Below, piece by piece: positions 9,989-17,492 of a stretch of DNA of 19,289 nucleotides. A program made the position numbers and the translations under genes. Position 1 is the first letter of the stretch. The number at the start of each line of letters is the position of its first letter. This DNA is from Candidatus Binatia bacterium (lineage in GTDB: Bacteria; Desulfobacterota; Binatia; HRBIN30): NCBI GenBank assembly GCA_038245295.1, contig JBBRSP010000053.1, positions 1 through 19,289 on the forward strand. The letters run 5' to 3'. The notes below the pieces were generated by a model, which saw only the letters and a list, made by a program, of their open reading frames with translations, did not search any database and had not been told where the DNA came from.

Positions 9989-10280
9989 ACTGAAATGAGG
10001 CAACGTCATCCCGGCGAAAGAGTGTGTCGTAAAACCAAAGTGTCATCCCGGTGAAAACCGGGATCTCCCAGTGCTGGAGGCGTCGAGACTGGCGAGATAC
10101 CGGCTTTCGCCGGTATGACGGATAGGTCTGCTCGGTTTCAAGTATGGTTTCCGAGTAAATCGCCCCACGCTTTCGCCGGTATGACGGCGGTGTTTGCGCT
10201 GTTTCAAACGATGAATCAGAGAGAGTCGACAGACTCGGAGGCCGGGACGACGCACTTCTCTCGCTAACTTAACGACATTC
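9919..10280. mobile_element. Composite nested MITE, copy A (outer element, IS4-like ends, degraded)
   Basis: Ends GTCGTTAAGTTAGCG (9920) and CGCTAACTTAACGACATT (to 10279). Collinear with 11142-11404 except for an extra ~100-bp internal block; the left end lacks AAT. Confidence 0.8.
9975..10236. mobile_element. Inner MITE, copy A, with GGAG target duplication
   Basis: Ends GAGACTGTCG / CGACAGACTC; GGAG at 9971-9974 and 10237-10240. A further end-like motif GAGTGTGTCGTAAAACC starts at 10020, directly after a GAAA hairpin loop. Confidence 0.8.
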
Positions 10281-10305
10281 GGGCGGGGCGCGGGCGGGCC
10301 CCGAA

Positions 10306-11073
10306 CTACCCGCGTTTGTGCGCTTTCCAGACTTCCTCGCAGGGCCACTTGCGCGACCATTCTAAGGTTACGAACGGATACTCCGACTTAGCGTCGGCCG
10401 CGGGGCGAAGCTCAACCAGATCCTCCACCTCGAAGCCCGATTGCCGCAGTAGGCGAATCCAGTCGCCGTGCGGCAGGTGAAACTCGACTCCGGGGTCGTT
10501 CGGATACTCGACGCGATGCATGCCGAAGGCCGGCCGAATCATCCGCTCGCCGGCCGCGACTCCATCCTCATCGGGTACACACAAGCTGAGCAGATACGAG
10601 TTGGTCAGGAATACCAGCTGCCCGCCGGGGCGCAGGAGACGCGCGGCCTCGGGGATCCACACATCGGGATCGCACCAGAGGCAGGCGCCGTATTCTGAAA
10701 TCGCCAAGTCGAAGCTGGCATCCGGATAGTCCATCTTTTCCGCGTTCCCATGGATGAGCGGGAAGTCGAGTCCATGCTGGCGTTGAAGGCGCCGCGCCGT
10801 ATCGAGCTGCGCCTGCGAGTTGTCGATGCCGACAACGTTAGCGCCACGCCGCGCCAGCCAAGACGATACGTAGGCGGTGCCACAGCCGAGCTCGATGACG
10901 TCTTTGCCATCGAGCTCGTCAGGGAACATCCTCACTTCCACTTCCGGCACCTGCCAGATTCCCCACGCCGGCTCGTTCTTGGCCCAGGCTCGCTCACCGG
11001 CGGCGGCGAACTTCTTCGCCCAGTCGTCCCACATCGCACGATTTCTTCGAACGTGTTCCGGCAGCTCGCTCAT
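10306..11073 (-). CDS. Class I SAM-dependent methyltransferase
   Basis: 255 aa; motif I VIELGCGTA, VVGIDNS, GNAE, SFDLAISEYG, RLLRPGG. Confidence 0.9.
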   Translation of the reverse strand: MSELPEHVRRNRAMWDDWAKKFAAAGERAWAKNEPAWGIWQVPEVEVRMFPDELDGKDVIELGCGTAYVSSWLARRGANVVGIDNSQAQLDTARRLQRQHGLDFPLIHGNAEKMDYPDASFDLAISEYGACLWCDPDVWIPEAARLLRPGGQLVFLTNSYLLSLCVPDEDGVAAGERMIRPAFGMHRVEYPNDPGVEFHLPHGDWIRLLRQSGFEVEDLVELRPAADAKSEYPFVTLEWSRKWPCEEVWKAHKRG

Positions 11074-11141
11074 GAGGCTGCCATCAACATCATCGCGCCA
11101 CGGATGTCCATCTGACCGCGGGCGAGGGCAGGGGCGGGGGC

Positions 11142-11404
11142 CAATGTCGTTAAGTTAGCGAGGGTGAGGGCCAATGCGGAGCCTCGTCATACCGGCGGAG
11201 GAGACTGTCGATAAACTGAAATGAGGCAACGTCATCCCGGCGAAAGCCGGGATCTCCTCGAGTGGAAGGCCGAGAATGCTGGGGAGATACCGGCTTTCGC
11301 CGGTATGACGGGGGTGCTTGCGCTGTTTCAAACGATGAATCAGAGAAAGTCGACAGACTCGGAGGCCGGGACGACGCACTTCTCTCGCTAACTTAACGAC
11401 ATTG
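11142..11404. mobile_element. Composite nested MITE, copy B (outer element, perfect 21-bp TIRs)
   Basis: CAATGTCGTTAAGTTAGCGAG (11142-11162) / CTCGCTAACTTAACGACATTG (11384-11404). Flanks GGGCGGGGGC / GGGCGCGGGC may be a 10-bp duplication with 1 mismatch, but the target is low-complexity. Confidence 0.85.
11201..11360. mobile_element. Inner MITE, copy B (160 bp), carrying a GTCAT...ATGAC REP-like doublet
   Basis: Ends GAGACTGTCGA / TCGACAGACTC; GGAG duplicated at 11197-11200 and 11361-11364. Removing it restores the hairpin GTCATACCGGC-GGAG-GCCGGGACGAC. Confidence 0.85.
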
Positions 11405-11423
11405 GGGCGCGGGCAGGGTTATG

Positions 11424-11840
11424 TTACGACGCTGGCGCAGCGACGCAGCAGGTTGCCTTTTCCGCGTCGGGCTGTGGGGCGTCGGCGAGCACGGTGTAGA
11501 CTTCCCAGGCCCGCTTGTCGGCGCCGGTTACCCAAAACTTGTCCTGCAAGGCGTAGCAGCACGTCACGTTGTCCTCGTGAGCTAGCTCGAACCCCTCGCT
11601 CTTGAGGCGGGTAGCTTCGGTGGCCACTTCACCCGTCGAACCTACTTCGACACCGATGTGGTTGAGGCTGCCGGGCTCGCCCGCACCTTCGATCAGCACC
11701 AGCTTGAGTGGGGGATTGGCGATGGCGAAATTCGCATAGCCGGGTCGGCGTTTGGCCGGCTCGCTGTTGAACAGCTTGCTGTAGAAGGCGACCGCTTCGT
11801 CAATGTTGCTCACGTTCAACGCTACTTGGACACGCGACAT
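11424..11840 (-). CDS. ArsI/CadI family VOC-fold metalloenzyme (putative C-As lyase)
   Basis: MSRVQVALNV...FYSKLF...PGYANFAI.NPPLKLVLIE...LNHIGVEV...TCCYALQDKFWV...WEVYTV; GGAGG RBS; ars context. Confidence 0.88.
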   Translation of the reverse strand: MSRVQVALNVSNIDEAVAFYSKLFNSEPAKRRPGYANFAIANPPLKLVLIEGAGEPGSLNHIGVEVGSTGEVATEATRLKSEGFELAHEDNVTCCYALQDKFWVTGADKRAWEVYTVLADAPQPDAEKATCCVAAPAS

Positions 11841-11851
11841 TCAGACCTCCT

Positions 11852-11898
11852 ATATCGATGTGTGTCGATATTGATTCTTGTATCGATCATTGTCAATA
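11852..11898. promoter_or_regulatory. Two ArsR-type operator-like palindromes in the divergent promoter region
   Basis: ATATCGA-N6-TCGATAT (11852-11871, perfect) and TATCGA-N6-TCAATA (11881-11898) in the AT-rich 65-bp gap between the arsI-like gene and arsR. Confidence 0.7.
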
Positions 11899-11905
11899 TA
11901 AGAGC

Positions 11906-12301
11906 ATGACGAATTGTGTTGTGGTCCCGTGTTGTCCGCCCGTGCTGCAGAAGCGGTTGGGGCAAGGCGACGCCGAAGAGTTGGCTGCCGCCTTCAAGGC
12001 GATCGCCGACCCGGCTCGTTTGCGACTGCTGAGCTTCATCGCTGCACAACCATCCGGTGAAGCGTGCGTCTGCCACCTCGCGAAGCCCTTGGGGATTCAG
12101 CAGCCCACGGTCAGTCACCATTTGAAGGTCCTGTTCGAAGCCGGGGTGCTCGATCGCGAACGCCGCGGCACCTGGGTGTACTACCGTCTTGTCCCGGAGC
12201 GGCTGGCCTCCTTACGCGACGCGTTGTCGATCGCCCCCGTGCAAGCAGCGAAGGCGGACAAAACTGTGTCGCTGCGGCGCGCCGCAAAGGGCAAACGATG
12301 A
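11906..12301 (+). CDS. arsR: ArsR/SmtB family metalloregulator
   Basis: [20 protein letters not shown] (As-binding CVC), [22 protein letters not shown] 11906 chosen as start; stop overlaps the acr3 start (ATGA). Confidence 0.92.
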   Translation: MTNCVVVPCCPPVLQKRLGQGDAEELAAAFKAIADPARLRLLSFIAAQPSGEACVCHLAKPLGIQQPTVSHHLKVLFEAGVLDRERRGTWVYYRLVPERLASLRDALSIAPVQAAKADKTVSLRRAAKGKR

Positions 12302-13395
12302 CGAGCGTAGGAGGCCAGCCCGCGCCGCCCGCCGCACCGAAGCAACTGAGCTTCCTCGATCGTTACCTGACGGTTTGGATCTTCGTCGCCATGATCGTGG
12401 GGGTCGGCAGCGGATACCTGTTTCCGGGTATCGAATCGCTGCTGGATCGGTTCAGTGTTGGGACGACCTCCATCCCGATCGCCATCGGGCTCATCCTCAT
12501 GATGTACCCGCCACTGGCCAAGGTGCGCTACGAGGAGCTCGGCGGTGTGTTCCGCAATTGGCGGATCCTCGCCTTGTCGCTCGTGCAGAACTGGATCGTC
12601 GGGCCGCTGCTGATGTTTGCCCTGGCCGTGTTGCTGCTCCCGGACAAACCCGAGTACATGGTCGGCCTCATTCTGATCGGCCTCGCCCGTTGTATCGCCA
12701 TGGTGCTCGTTTGGAACGACCTGGCGAGCGGCGACCCGGAGTACTGCGCCGGATTGGTCGCCTTCAACTCCATCTTTCAGATCCTGTTTTACTCAGTCTA
12801 CGCCTACGTGTTCGTCACCCTTGTTCCAAGCTGGCTCGGCCTACCGGGCGTGGCGATCAGCATCACCATCGGCCAGATCGCCAAGAGTGTGTTCATCTAC
12901 CTCGGGATCCCATTCCTGGCTGGTATGATCACCCGCTTCTCGCTCATCCGGGCGAGGGGCAAAGATTGGTACCACACAGAGTTCATTCCCAGGATCAGCC
13001 CGCTCACACTCCTGGCGTTGCTCTTCACCATCGTCGTCATGTTCTCGCTCAAGGGTGAGGCGATCGTCCAGCTGCCGATGGATGTCGTCAGGATCGCGAT
13101 TCCGTTGCTGATCTATTTTGTGGTGATGTTCGTCGTCGCCTTCTTCATGAGTCGCGCCGTTGGTGCCAACTACCCACAATCTACGACCCTGTCCTTCACC
13201 GCCGCTTCAAACAACTTCGAGCTGGCGATTGCCGTTGCCGTCGCCACCTTCGGAATCCACCACGGCGCAGCATTCGCCGCTGTGATTGGCCCGCTGGTCG
13301 AAGTGCCGGTGATGATCGGCCTGGTCAACGTCGCGCTGTGGTTTCGACAACGGTACTTCCGCGACGAGTCCGTCGCCGGGCGCCTAAACACTTGA
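12298..13395 (+). CDS. acr3: Acr3 family arsenite efflux transporter
   Basis: [62 protein letters not shown]-free ATGA coupling to arsR; 365 aa from ATG 12298. Confidence 0.95.
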   Translation: MTSVGGQPAPPAAPKQLSFLDRYLTVWIFVAMIVGVGSGYLFPGIESLLDRFSVGTTSIPIAIGLILMMYPPLAKVRYEELGGVFRNWRILALSLVQNWIVGPLLMFALAVLLLPDKPEYMVGLILIGLARCIAMVLVWNDLASGDPEYCAGLVAFNSIFQILFYSVYAYVFVTLVPSWLGLPGVAISITIGQIAKSVFIYLGIPFLAGMITRFSLIRARGKDWYHTEFIPRISPLTLLALLFTIVVMFSLKGEAIVQLPMDVVRIAIPLLIYFVVMFVVAFFMSRAVGANYPQSTTLSFTAASNNFELAIAVAVATFGIHHGAAFAAVIGPLVEVPVMIGLVNVALWFRQRYFRDESVAGRLNT

Positions 13396-13411
13396 ACGCA
13401 TTGAAACGAGC

Positions 13412-13831
13412 ATGACGAAACCGACAGTACTGTTTCTGTGCACCGGCAATTCCGCGCGCAGTCAGATGGCGGAAGGGTGGCTGCGACATCTTGCCGGCGA
13501 TCGCGTTGACGTGACGAGTGCGGGCACAGCGCCGACCGTCGTAAACCCCCTGGCGATCAAGGCCATGCGTGAGCGGGGGATCGATATCGTCGGGCACCGG
13601 TCAAAAGCCGTCGGCGAATTTCTCGGCGAACGCATCGCGTATCTCATTACGGTATGCGACGGCGCCCGCGAGACGTGCCCGGTCTTCCCCGGCGTGTCGA
13701 CGCGCATTCACTGGTCCCTCGAGGACCCGGCGGCGGCGGTGGGTAGCGAAGCCGATCGTCTCGTGGTGTTCCGACGAATACGCGACGAGATCGAGGCGCG
13801 CATTCGAAAGTGGCTTCCAGAGATCTGTTGA
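13412..13831 (+). CDS. arsC: Arsenate reductase, thioredoxin-coupled LMW-PTP family
   Basis: P-loop FLCTGNSARSQMAEG, ITVCD, CPVFPG, HWSLEDP, FRRIRDEI; all three redox Cys positions present. Confidence 0.92.
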   Translation: MTKPTVLFLCTGNSARSQMAEGWLRHLAGDRVDVTSAGTAPTVVNPLAIKAMRERGIDIVGHRSKAVGEFLGERIAYLITVCDGARETCPVFPGVSTRIHWSLEDPAAAVGSEADRLVVFRRIRDEIEARIRKWLPEIC

Positions 13832-13841
13832 GTTTGGAGCC

Positions 13842-13867
13842 TGCGCGCACGAGCTGCCGTGCGCGCA
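13842..13867 (+). terminator. Hairpin after arsC (possible terminator or pause site)
   Basis: TGCGCGCACG-AGCTGC-CGTGCGCGCA, 10-bp stem starting 11 nt after the stop; no U-tract. Confidence 0.4.
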
Positions 13868-13899
13868 TGGCACCAAAGGTTGACTGCTGACAGCCTTAG

Positions 13900-13953
13900 C
13901 GACCGGCAATCGCCGCGATGCCGGTCGCGTTGGTAAAAGCTCTGGAATCGCGT
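13900..13953 (+). pseudogene. Possible C-terminal tip of a four-helix-bundle gene
   Basis: RPAIAAMPVALVKALESR resembles the last helix of the family (IxxMLxxLxKxL, with L->P) and abuts a copy of the hairpin element that precedes the N-terminal fragment. Only about 15 informative residues. Confidence 0.4.
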
Positions 13954-14071
13954 CCCCCCGTCCGCCCCCGCCCTCGCCCGTGCCCGCGCCTGCGTTTGTG
14001 CGGCCGAACCGGAGCGACATGTTTCCTGCGTCAGGCGGGCATGGGCAGCGGCGAGGGCGGGGGCGGACGGG
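13954..14071. repeat. Hexamer-arm hairpin element, copy 3
   Basis: 13957-13978 and 14050-14071 are perfect 22-bp inverted repeats; core 13988-14032 aligns without gaps to 46-90. Confidence 0.88.
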
Positions 14072-14126
14072 CGGTCGAACGCAAGCGGCCGGCCAGTCCG
14101 CGCGCTGCAATCGCGCTTACGATCCG

Positions 14127-14259
14127 ACTTCCGGATATCCCCAGGGCGGAAGTTCTTTCGCAGAACGGTTTTCGGGAACCCGAAAACCGAAATGTCGATG
14201 ACATTTCAGTGGGCAGAATAGCAACGCCGCCCGGGAAACCCCGGGCGGCGTTGCTATTC
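14127..14259. other. Run of four consecutive hairpins (terminator, structured RNA or repeat)
   Basis: Stems 14127-14153 (7 bp), 14166-14189 (11 bp), 14189-14207 (8 bp) and 14216-14259 (perfect 20 bp, loop AAAC), lying between convergent transcription units. Confidence 0.65.
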
Positions 14260-14362
14260 CTTCGGCTTCGAAACCACCCGCACCGCTTGACACTCCGCGC
14301 GCGACCGGCGCCAGGCCGTCTGCCGGCTTCCGCTTCACATGCAAGCGGCGTCGTGATGGTGC

Positions 14363-15661
14363 CTATTCGTCGATGACGCGGGCTGCCTTGTAGGCGAAAC
14401 GCGGTACGCTGCCGCGCTCGACGAGCTCGAGCTTCAGACGCACACCGAGTTTCTCCTGGAAGCGCGCACCGATGCGTTGCTGAATGGCGCCCGGCTCACC
14501 GATCTGACTTGGATCGTATTCGAGACGCACGTGGAGCTCCGCCGCGGCCTGTTTGGTGCGGACAATCTGATACTCGGCCGACGGCGTGGAGACTTCCGGG
14601 AACTCGTAGAGAATCAGCGCGACGTCGATCGGCAGGATCTCGTGGCCGTCGACGCTGACGATGTCGCGCACGCGGCCTTCGTAGAACAGGCGGCGGTGTG
14701 TCTCGCCGCAGGCGCACGGTTTGGTGTTGAGCCGCACGACGTCTTCGAGATCGTAGCGCAGCAGGAAGTTGTCTTTCTCGAGGACGGTGACGATGAGGTT
14801 GCCGCGTTCGCCGTGGCCGAGTTGTTTGCCGCTGTGGCGGTCGACCACTTCGACGATGGCCAGATCTTCAGCGAGATGCGCGCCGTCGCGCTGGTCGCAG
14901 GCGCTGCCGAGCAAGGGCAGGGCTTCGAGGCCCGAGCTGGCCATCATGTATTGCTCCGACGGATGGTCGCCGGCGATGGTCAAGTTGAGGTCGGTGATCG
15001 GGTCGACTCCCAGCTTGCGCGCCGCATCGGCGTAGGTCGTCGCGACATTGCCGAAGAGGCGATACATGTCGGGACGCAGGCGCCGCCAGACTTCGATGAC
15101 ATCCTTGATATGCTGCTCGCCGACCGGCGGACCGGAAGGGATGTTGAGACAGCCGAGCCCTTCAATCCCGTGGCTGAAGTGCCAGCCGCCGGCGTTCATG
15201 CCGAAGGGGTGCCCGTTCGCCAGGCTCATGCCCGGCCGCAGCCCCCAACGCCACCGTCCGCGAAACGACGCCGCGTAGTCGACGTCGAGATCTTTGCGCG
15301 TCCACAGGATCAAGGTCGGCTTGCCGCTGGTGCCCGTCGATGCACCGAGGCGCACCGCCTGGCTAACCGGCGCGCCGCGGTAATCACCGAACGGTGGATG
15401 TTCTTCTTCGCTCTGCCGCAGCTCCGCCTTCACTGTCGCCGGAATGAGGCGTAACGCATCGAGTCCGCGCAGGTCGGCACGCTTCAATCCGGCCGCTTCG
15501 AGCTTGCGCTGGAAGAACGGAATGGGTGTCGACCAGATGCGGTCGAGCTGCTTGCCCAGTCGCTCGGCTTGCAGCGCCTGGATGCGTTCGATCGGCAGGG
15601 TCTGGATGTCGGGTGCGTAGTAGCGGCGTTTCGGGTCGAGATCGGTGGCGGCGGTAGTCAT
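14363..15661 (-). CDS. Phenylacetate-CoA ligase family (PaaK-like) protein
   Basis: TVKAELR, P-loop ASTGTSGKPT, HLAEDLAIVEVVD, GNLIVTVL, LLRYDLED, CACGETH, C-terminal KAARVID. ATG 15661 (alternative GTG 15670). Substrate unknown. Confidence 0.85.
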   Translation of the reverse strand: MTTAATDLDPKRRYYAPDIQTLPIERIQALQAERLGKQLDRIWSTPIPFFQRKLEAAGLKRADLRGLDALRLIPATVKAELRQSEEEHPPFGDYRGAPVSQAVRLGASTGTSGKPTLILWTRKDLDVDYAASFRGRWRWGLRPGMSLANGHPFGMNAGGWHFSHGIEGLGCLNIPSGPPVGEQHIKDVIEVWRRLRPDMYRLFGNVATTYADAARKLGVDPITDLNLTIAGDHPSEQYMMASSGLEALPLLGSACDQRDGAHLAEDLAIVEVVDRHSGKQLGHGERGNLIVTVLEKDNFLLRYDLEDVVRLNTKPCACGETHRRLFYEGRVRDIVSVDGHEILPIDVALILYEFPEVSTPSAEYQIVRTKQAAAELHVRLEYDPSQIGEPGAIQQRIGARFQEKLGVRLKLELVERGSVPRFAYKAARVIDE

Positions 15662-15666
15662 GTTTC

Positions 15667-16929
15667 TCACTTATGTCGCAGGTCGACCATGGTCTGTGCG
15701 AAGCGCGGCGCTCCGGCGGCCTCGGGAATCTCGGCTTCGTCGACGAGCTCGATCTCCATCTGGATGAGCACGTTCGATTTGATCTGTGCCGCCAACGCTT
15801 GGCGCAATTTCTCCGGTTCGGCGACCGGCAGCTTCGTGCCGACGCGCAACACGGCTCGATCGTAACGTGTGCCATCCGGATGATCGACGACGATCTGAAA
15901 ACGCCCGAGCTCCGGGTGCTGGCTGGTGACCTTGTAGACCTGCGCCGGATGGACGAGCACACCCTTGATCTTACGGATGACGCCGACCTGGCCGACGAAG
16001 ACGATCCGCAGCGATGGATCGCCACACGGGCAGGGATCCTTGAGCAAGCGGAACGCGTCACCTGGTGCGTAACGCACGAGGGGCAGGGCGCGCGGCCCTA
16101 GCTGCGTCGCGACGATCTCGCCGATGCCACCCATTTCTGCCGGCTCGCCGCTCTCCGGATCGAGAAATTCGCAGAACAGATCACGCGCGTGCAGGTGCAT
16201 CCCTTCGTGGACGTGGCACTCGCCGGCCAACGGCCCGATCTGCGCTTCGCCGCAATGATCGAACAGCTCGATGCCGAGTGTGTCGTGCATCTCGCGCCGC
16301 AGTTGCGGTGTCAGCGCCTCGGCCGTCGAGAAACCGACGCGGTACGAAAGATCCTTGCGCGGATCGAGGCCCATCTTCTTCGCCGTATCGGCAAGGTTGG
16401 CCAGGAAACTGGGCGTGCCGGCGTACACCGTAGCGCGCCAGGCGCGTGCGACTTCCACCTGCATCTCGCTGTTGCCGGTGCCGCCGTTGATCACCAGGCA
16501 GCCGGCTTCTTCAAAGGCGCGGTGCAGGCGCAGCCCGCCGGGCATGATGTGGTACGACAGGGTGATGTGCGCGATGTCGCCCGGCTTCACACCCATCGAC
16601 TTGATCGCTTCCTTCAATACCGGCGTGCCGCCGCGCTCCTCGGCGAGGCGCGGGATGAACAGCGGCCCGGGTGACGTGTGCAGCGAGCCGAATTTCTCGC
16701 GCGGCACGGCGAGGAACTCGCCGAACGGCGGATGGGCTTTCTGATTGGTGACGAGGTCGGTTTTCGAGGTGCGCGGCAGGCGCTCGCGAAACTCGGCGTA
16801 ACTACGCAGCTGGGAAGGATCGACGCGCGCCGTTTCCCAGACGCGGCGATAGTAGGGAGAATTGGCGTAGACCCAGGCTAGAGTTTCGCGTAGCGGCGCG
16901 AAGTCGTCTTCGTGTGGCGGCCATTGCAT
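15667..16929 (-). CDS. Phenylacetate-CoA ligase family (PaaK-like) protein, atypical P-loop
   Basis: TSKTDL, PPFGEFL, HTSPGP, GTPSFL, EFLDPESG, GEIVATQL, PLVRYAPGD, CPCG, KIKGVLVHP. Confidence 0.85.
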   Translation of the reverse strand: MQWPPHEDDFAPLRETLAWVYANSPYYRRVWETARVDPSQLRSYAEFRERLPRTSKTDLVTNQKAHPPFGEFLAVPREKFGSLHTSPGPLFIPRLAEERGGTPVLKEAIKSMGVKPGDIAHITLSYHIMPGGLRLHRAFEEAGCLVINGGTGNSEMQVEVARAWRATVYAGTPSFLANLADTAKKMGLDPRKDLSYRVGFSTAEALTPQLRREMHDTLGIELFDHCGEAQIGPLAGECHVHEGMHLHARDLFCEFLDPESGEPAEMGGIGEIVATQLGPRALPLVRYAPGDAFRLLKDPCPCGDPSLRIVFVGQVGVIRKIKGVLVHPAQVYKVTSQHPELGRFQIVVDHPDGTRYDRAVLRVGTKLPVAEPEKLRQALAAQIKSNVLIQMEIELVDEAEIPEAAGAPRFAQTMVDLRHK

Positions 16930-17020
16930 GAGGGGCTGCGGTTAACAAATGTTCACCTCTGACGTCAAGTTGGATCGGGAGTTGGGTAGGGGGGCCGTTT
17001 GACTCCCGAGGGTAAGAGAC

Positions 17021-17258
17021 GTCATCCCGGCGAAAGAGACTGTCGATAAACTGATATGAGGGAACGTCGTCCCGGTGAAAGAGACTGTCGTAAAACCAGA
17101 GTGGAGCAACGTCATCCCGGTGAAAACCGGGATCTCCCCCTGCTGGAAGCCTCGAAAGCTGGCGGCGTCATACCGGCTTTCGCCGGTATGACGGGGGTGT
17201 TTGCGCTATTTCAAACGATGAATCAGAGAAAGTCGACAGACTCGTTCGTCGGAATGAC
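17021..17258. mobile_element. Inner MITE, copy C (17036-17243), between REP-like arms, with a further nested end
   Basis: Same ends and internal sequence as 11201-11360 but no IS4-like wrapper. Flanked by GTCATCCCGGCGAAA and GTTCGTCGGAATGAC. A second GAGACTGTCGTAAAACC end starts at 17081 after a GAAA loop. Confidence 0.82.
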
Positions 17259-17300
17259 GAATCCTCACCGCCTCGGTTTTCAAATCGACCGACTATCGGC

Positions 17301-17418
17301 AGTTGAGGGTTCTGAGTCGAGAGTCGAGAGCCGGCGAGACGCGGCTAGGGCTCCGCGACCGGGGCCGTGGAGGTCTGTTGACTCTCAACTCTGACTCTCG
17401 ACCCTCGACGCTCGACTC
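17301..17418. repeat. Inverted heptamer tandem arrays (GAGTCGA)n ... (GACTCTC)n
   Basis: Left 17301-17330 AGTTGAGGGTTCTGAGTCGAGAGTCGAGAG; right 17380-17418 GACTCTCAACTCTGACTCTCGACCCTCGACGCTCGACTC; ~50-bp spacer. Confidence 0.75.
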
Positions 17419-17492
17419 CACCTGATCAACAACCGTGGAAGGACGCAGCTTTGCAACCGCAGGGCAATCCGGCGTAGACCAGCCGCTCGCCC

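Noticed and set aside
9919..10280. CRISPR array
   Set aside because: Repeats are inverted and nested with irregular spacing, there are no unique spacers of constant length, and no cas genes are present.
10043..10360. Small similar ORFs at 10043-10360, 11155-11379 and 17056-17394
   Set aside because: They are translations of the MITE/REP repeats, not a protein family; frames and strands are not conserved between copies.
10306..11073. ArsM arsenite methyltransferase
   Set aside because: Next to the ars cluster, but I do not see the ArsM-type motif-I context or Cys arrangement, and it is separated from arsI by a MITE stack.
12064..12297. N-terminal extension of Acr3 given by the ORF track
   Set aside because: It overlaps arsR; ATG 12298 coupled to the arsR stop gives a normal-length Acr3.
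13918..14376. 152-aa ORF
   Set aside because: Beyond the first ~12 codons it translates hexamer repeats and hairpins (PRPRP, GEGGG).
16935..16968. Sigma70-type promoter for the PaaK-like pair (TTGACG on the minus strand)
   Set aside because: The -35 is plausible but there is no convincing -10 at 16-18 bp spacing.
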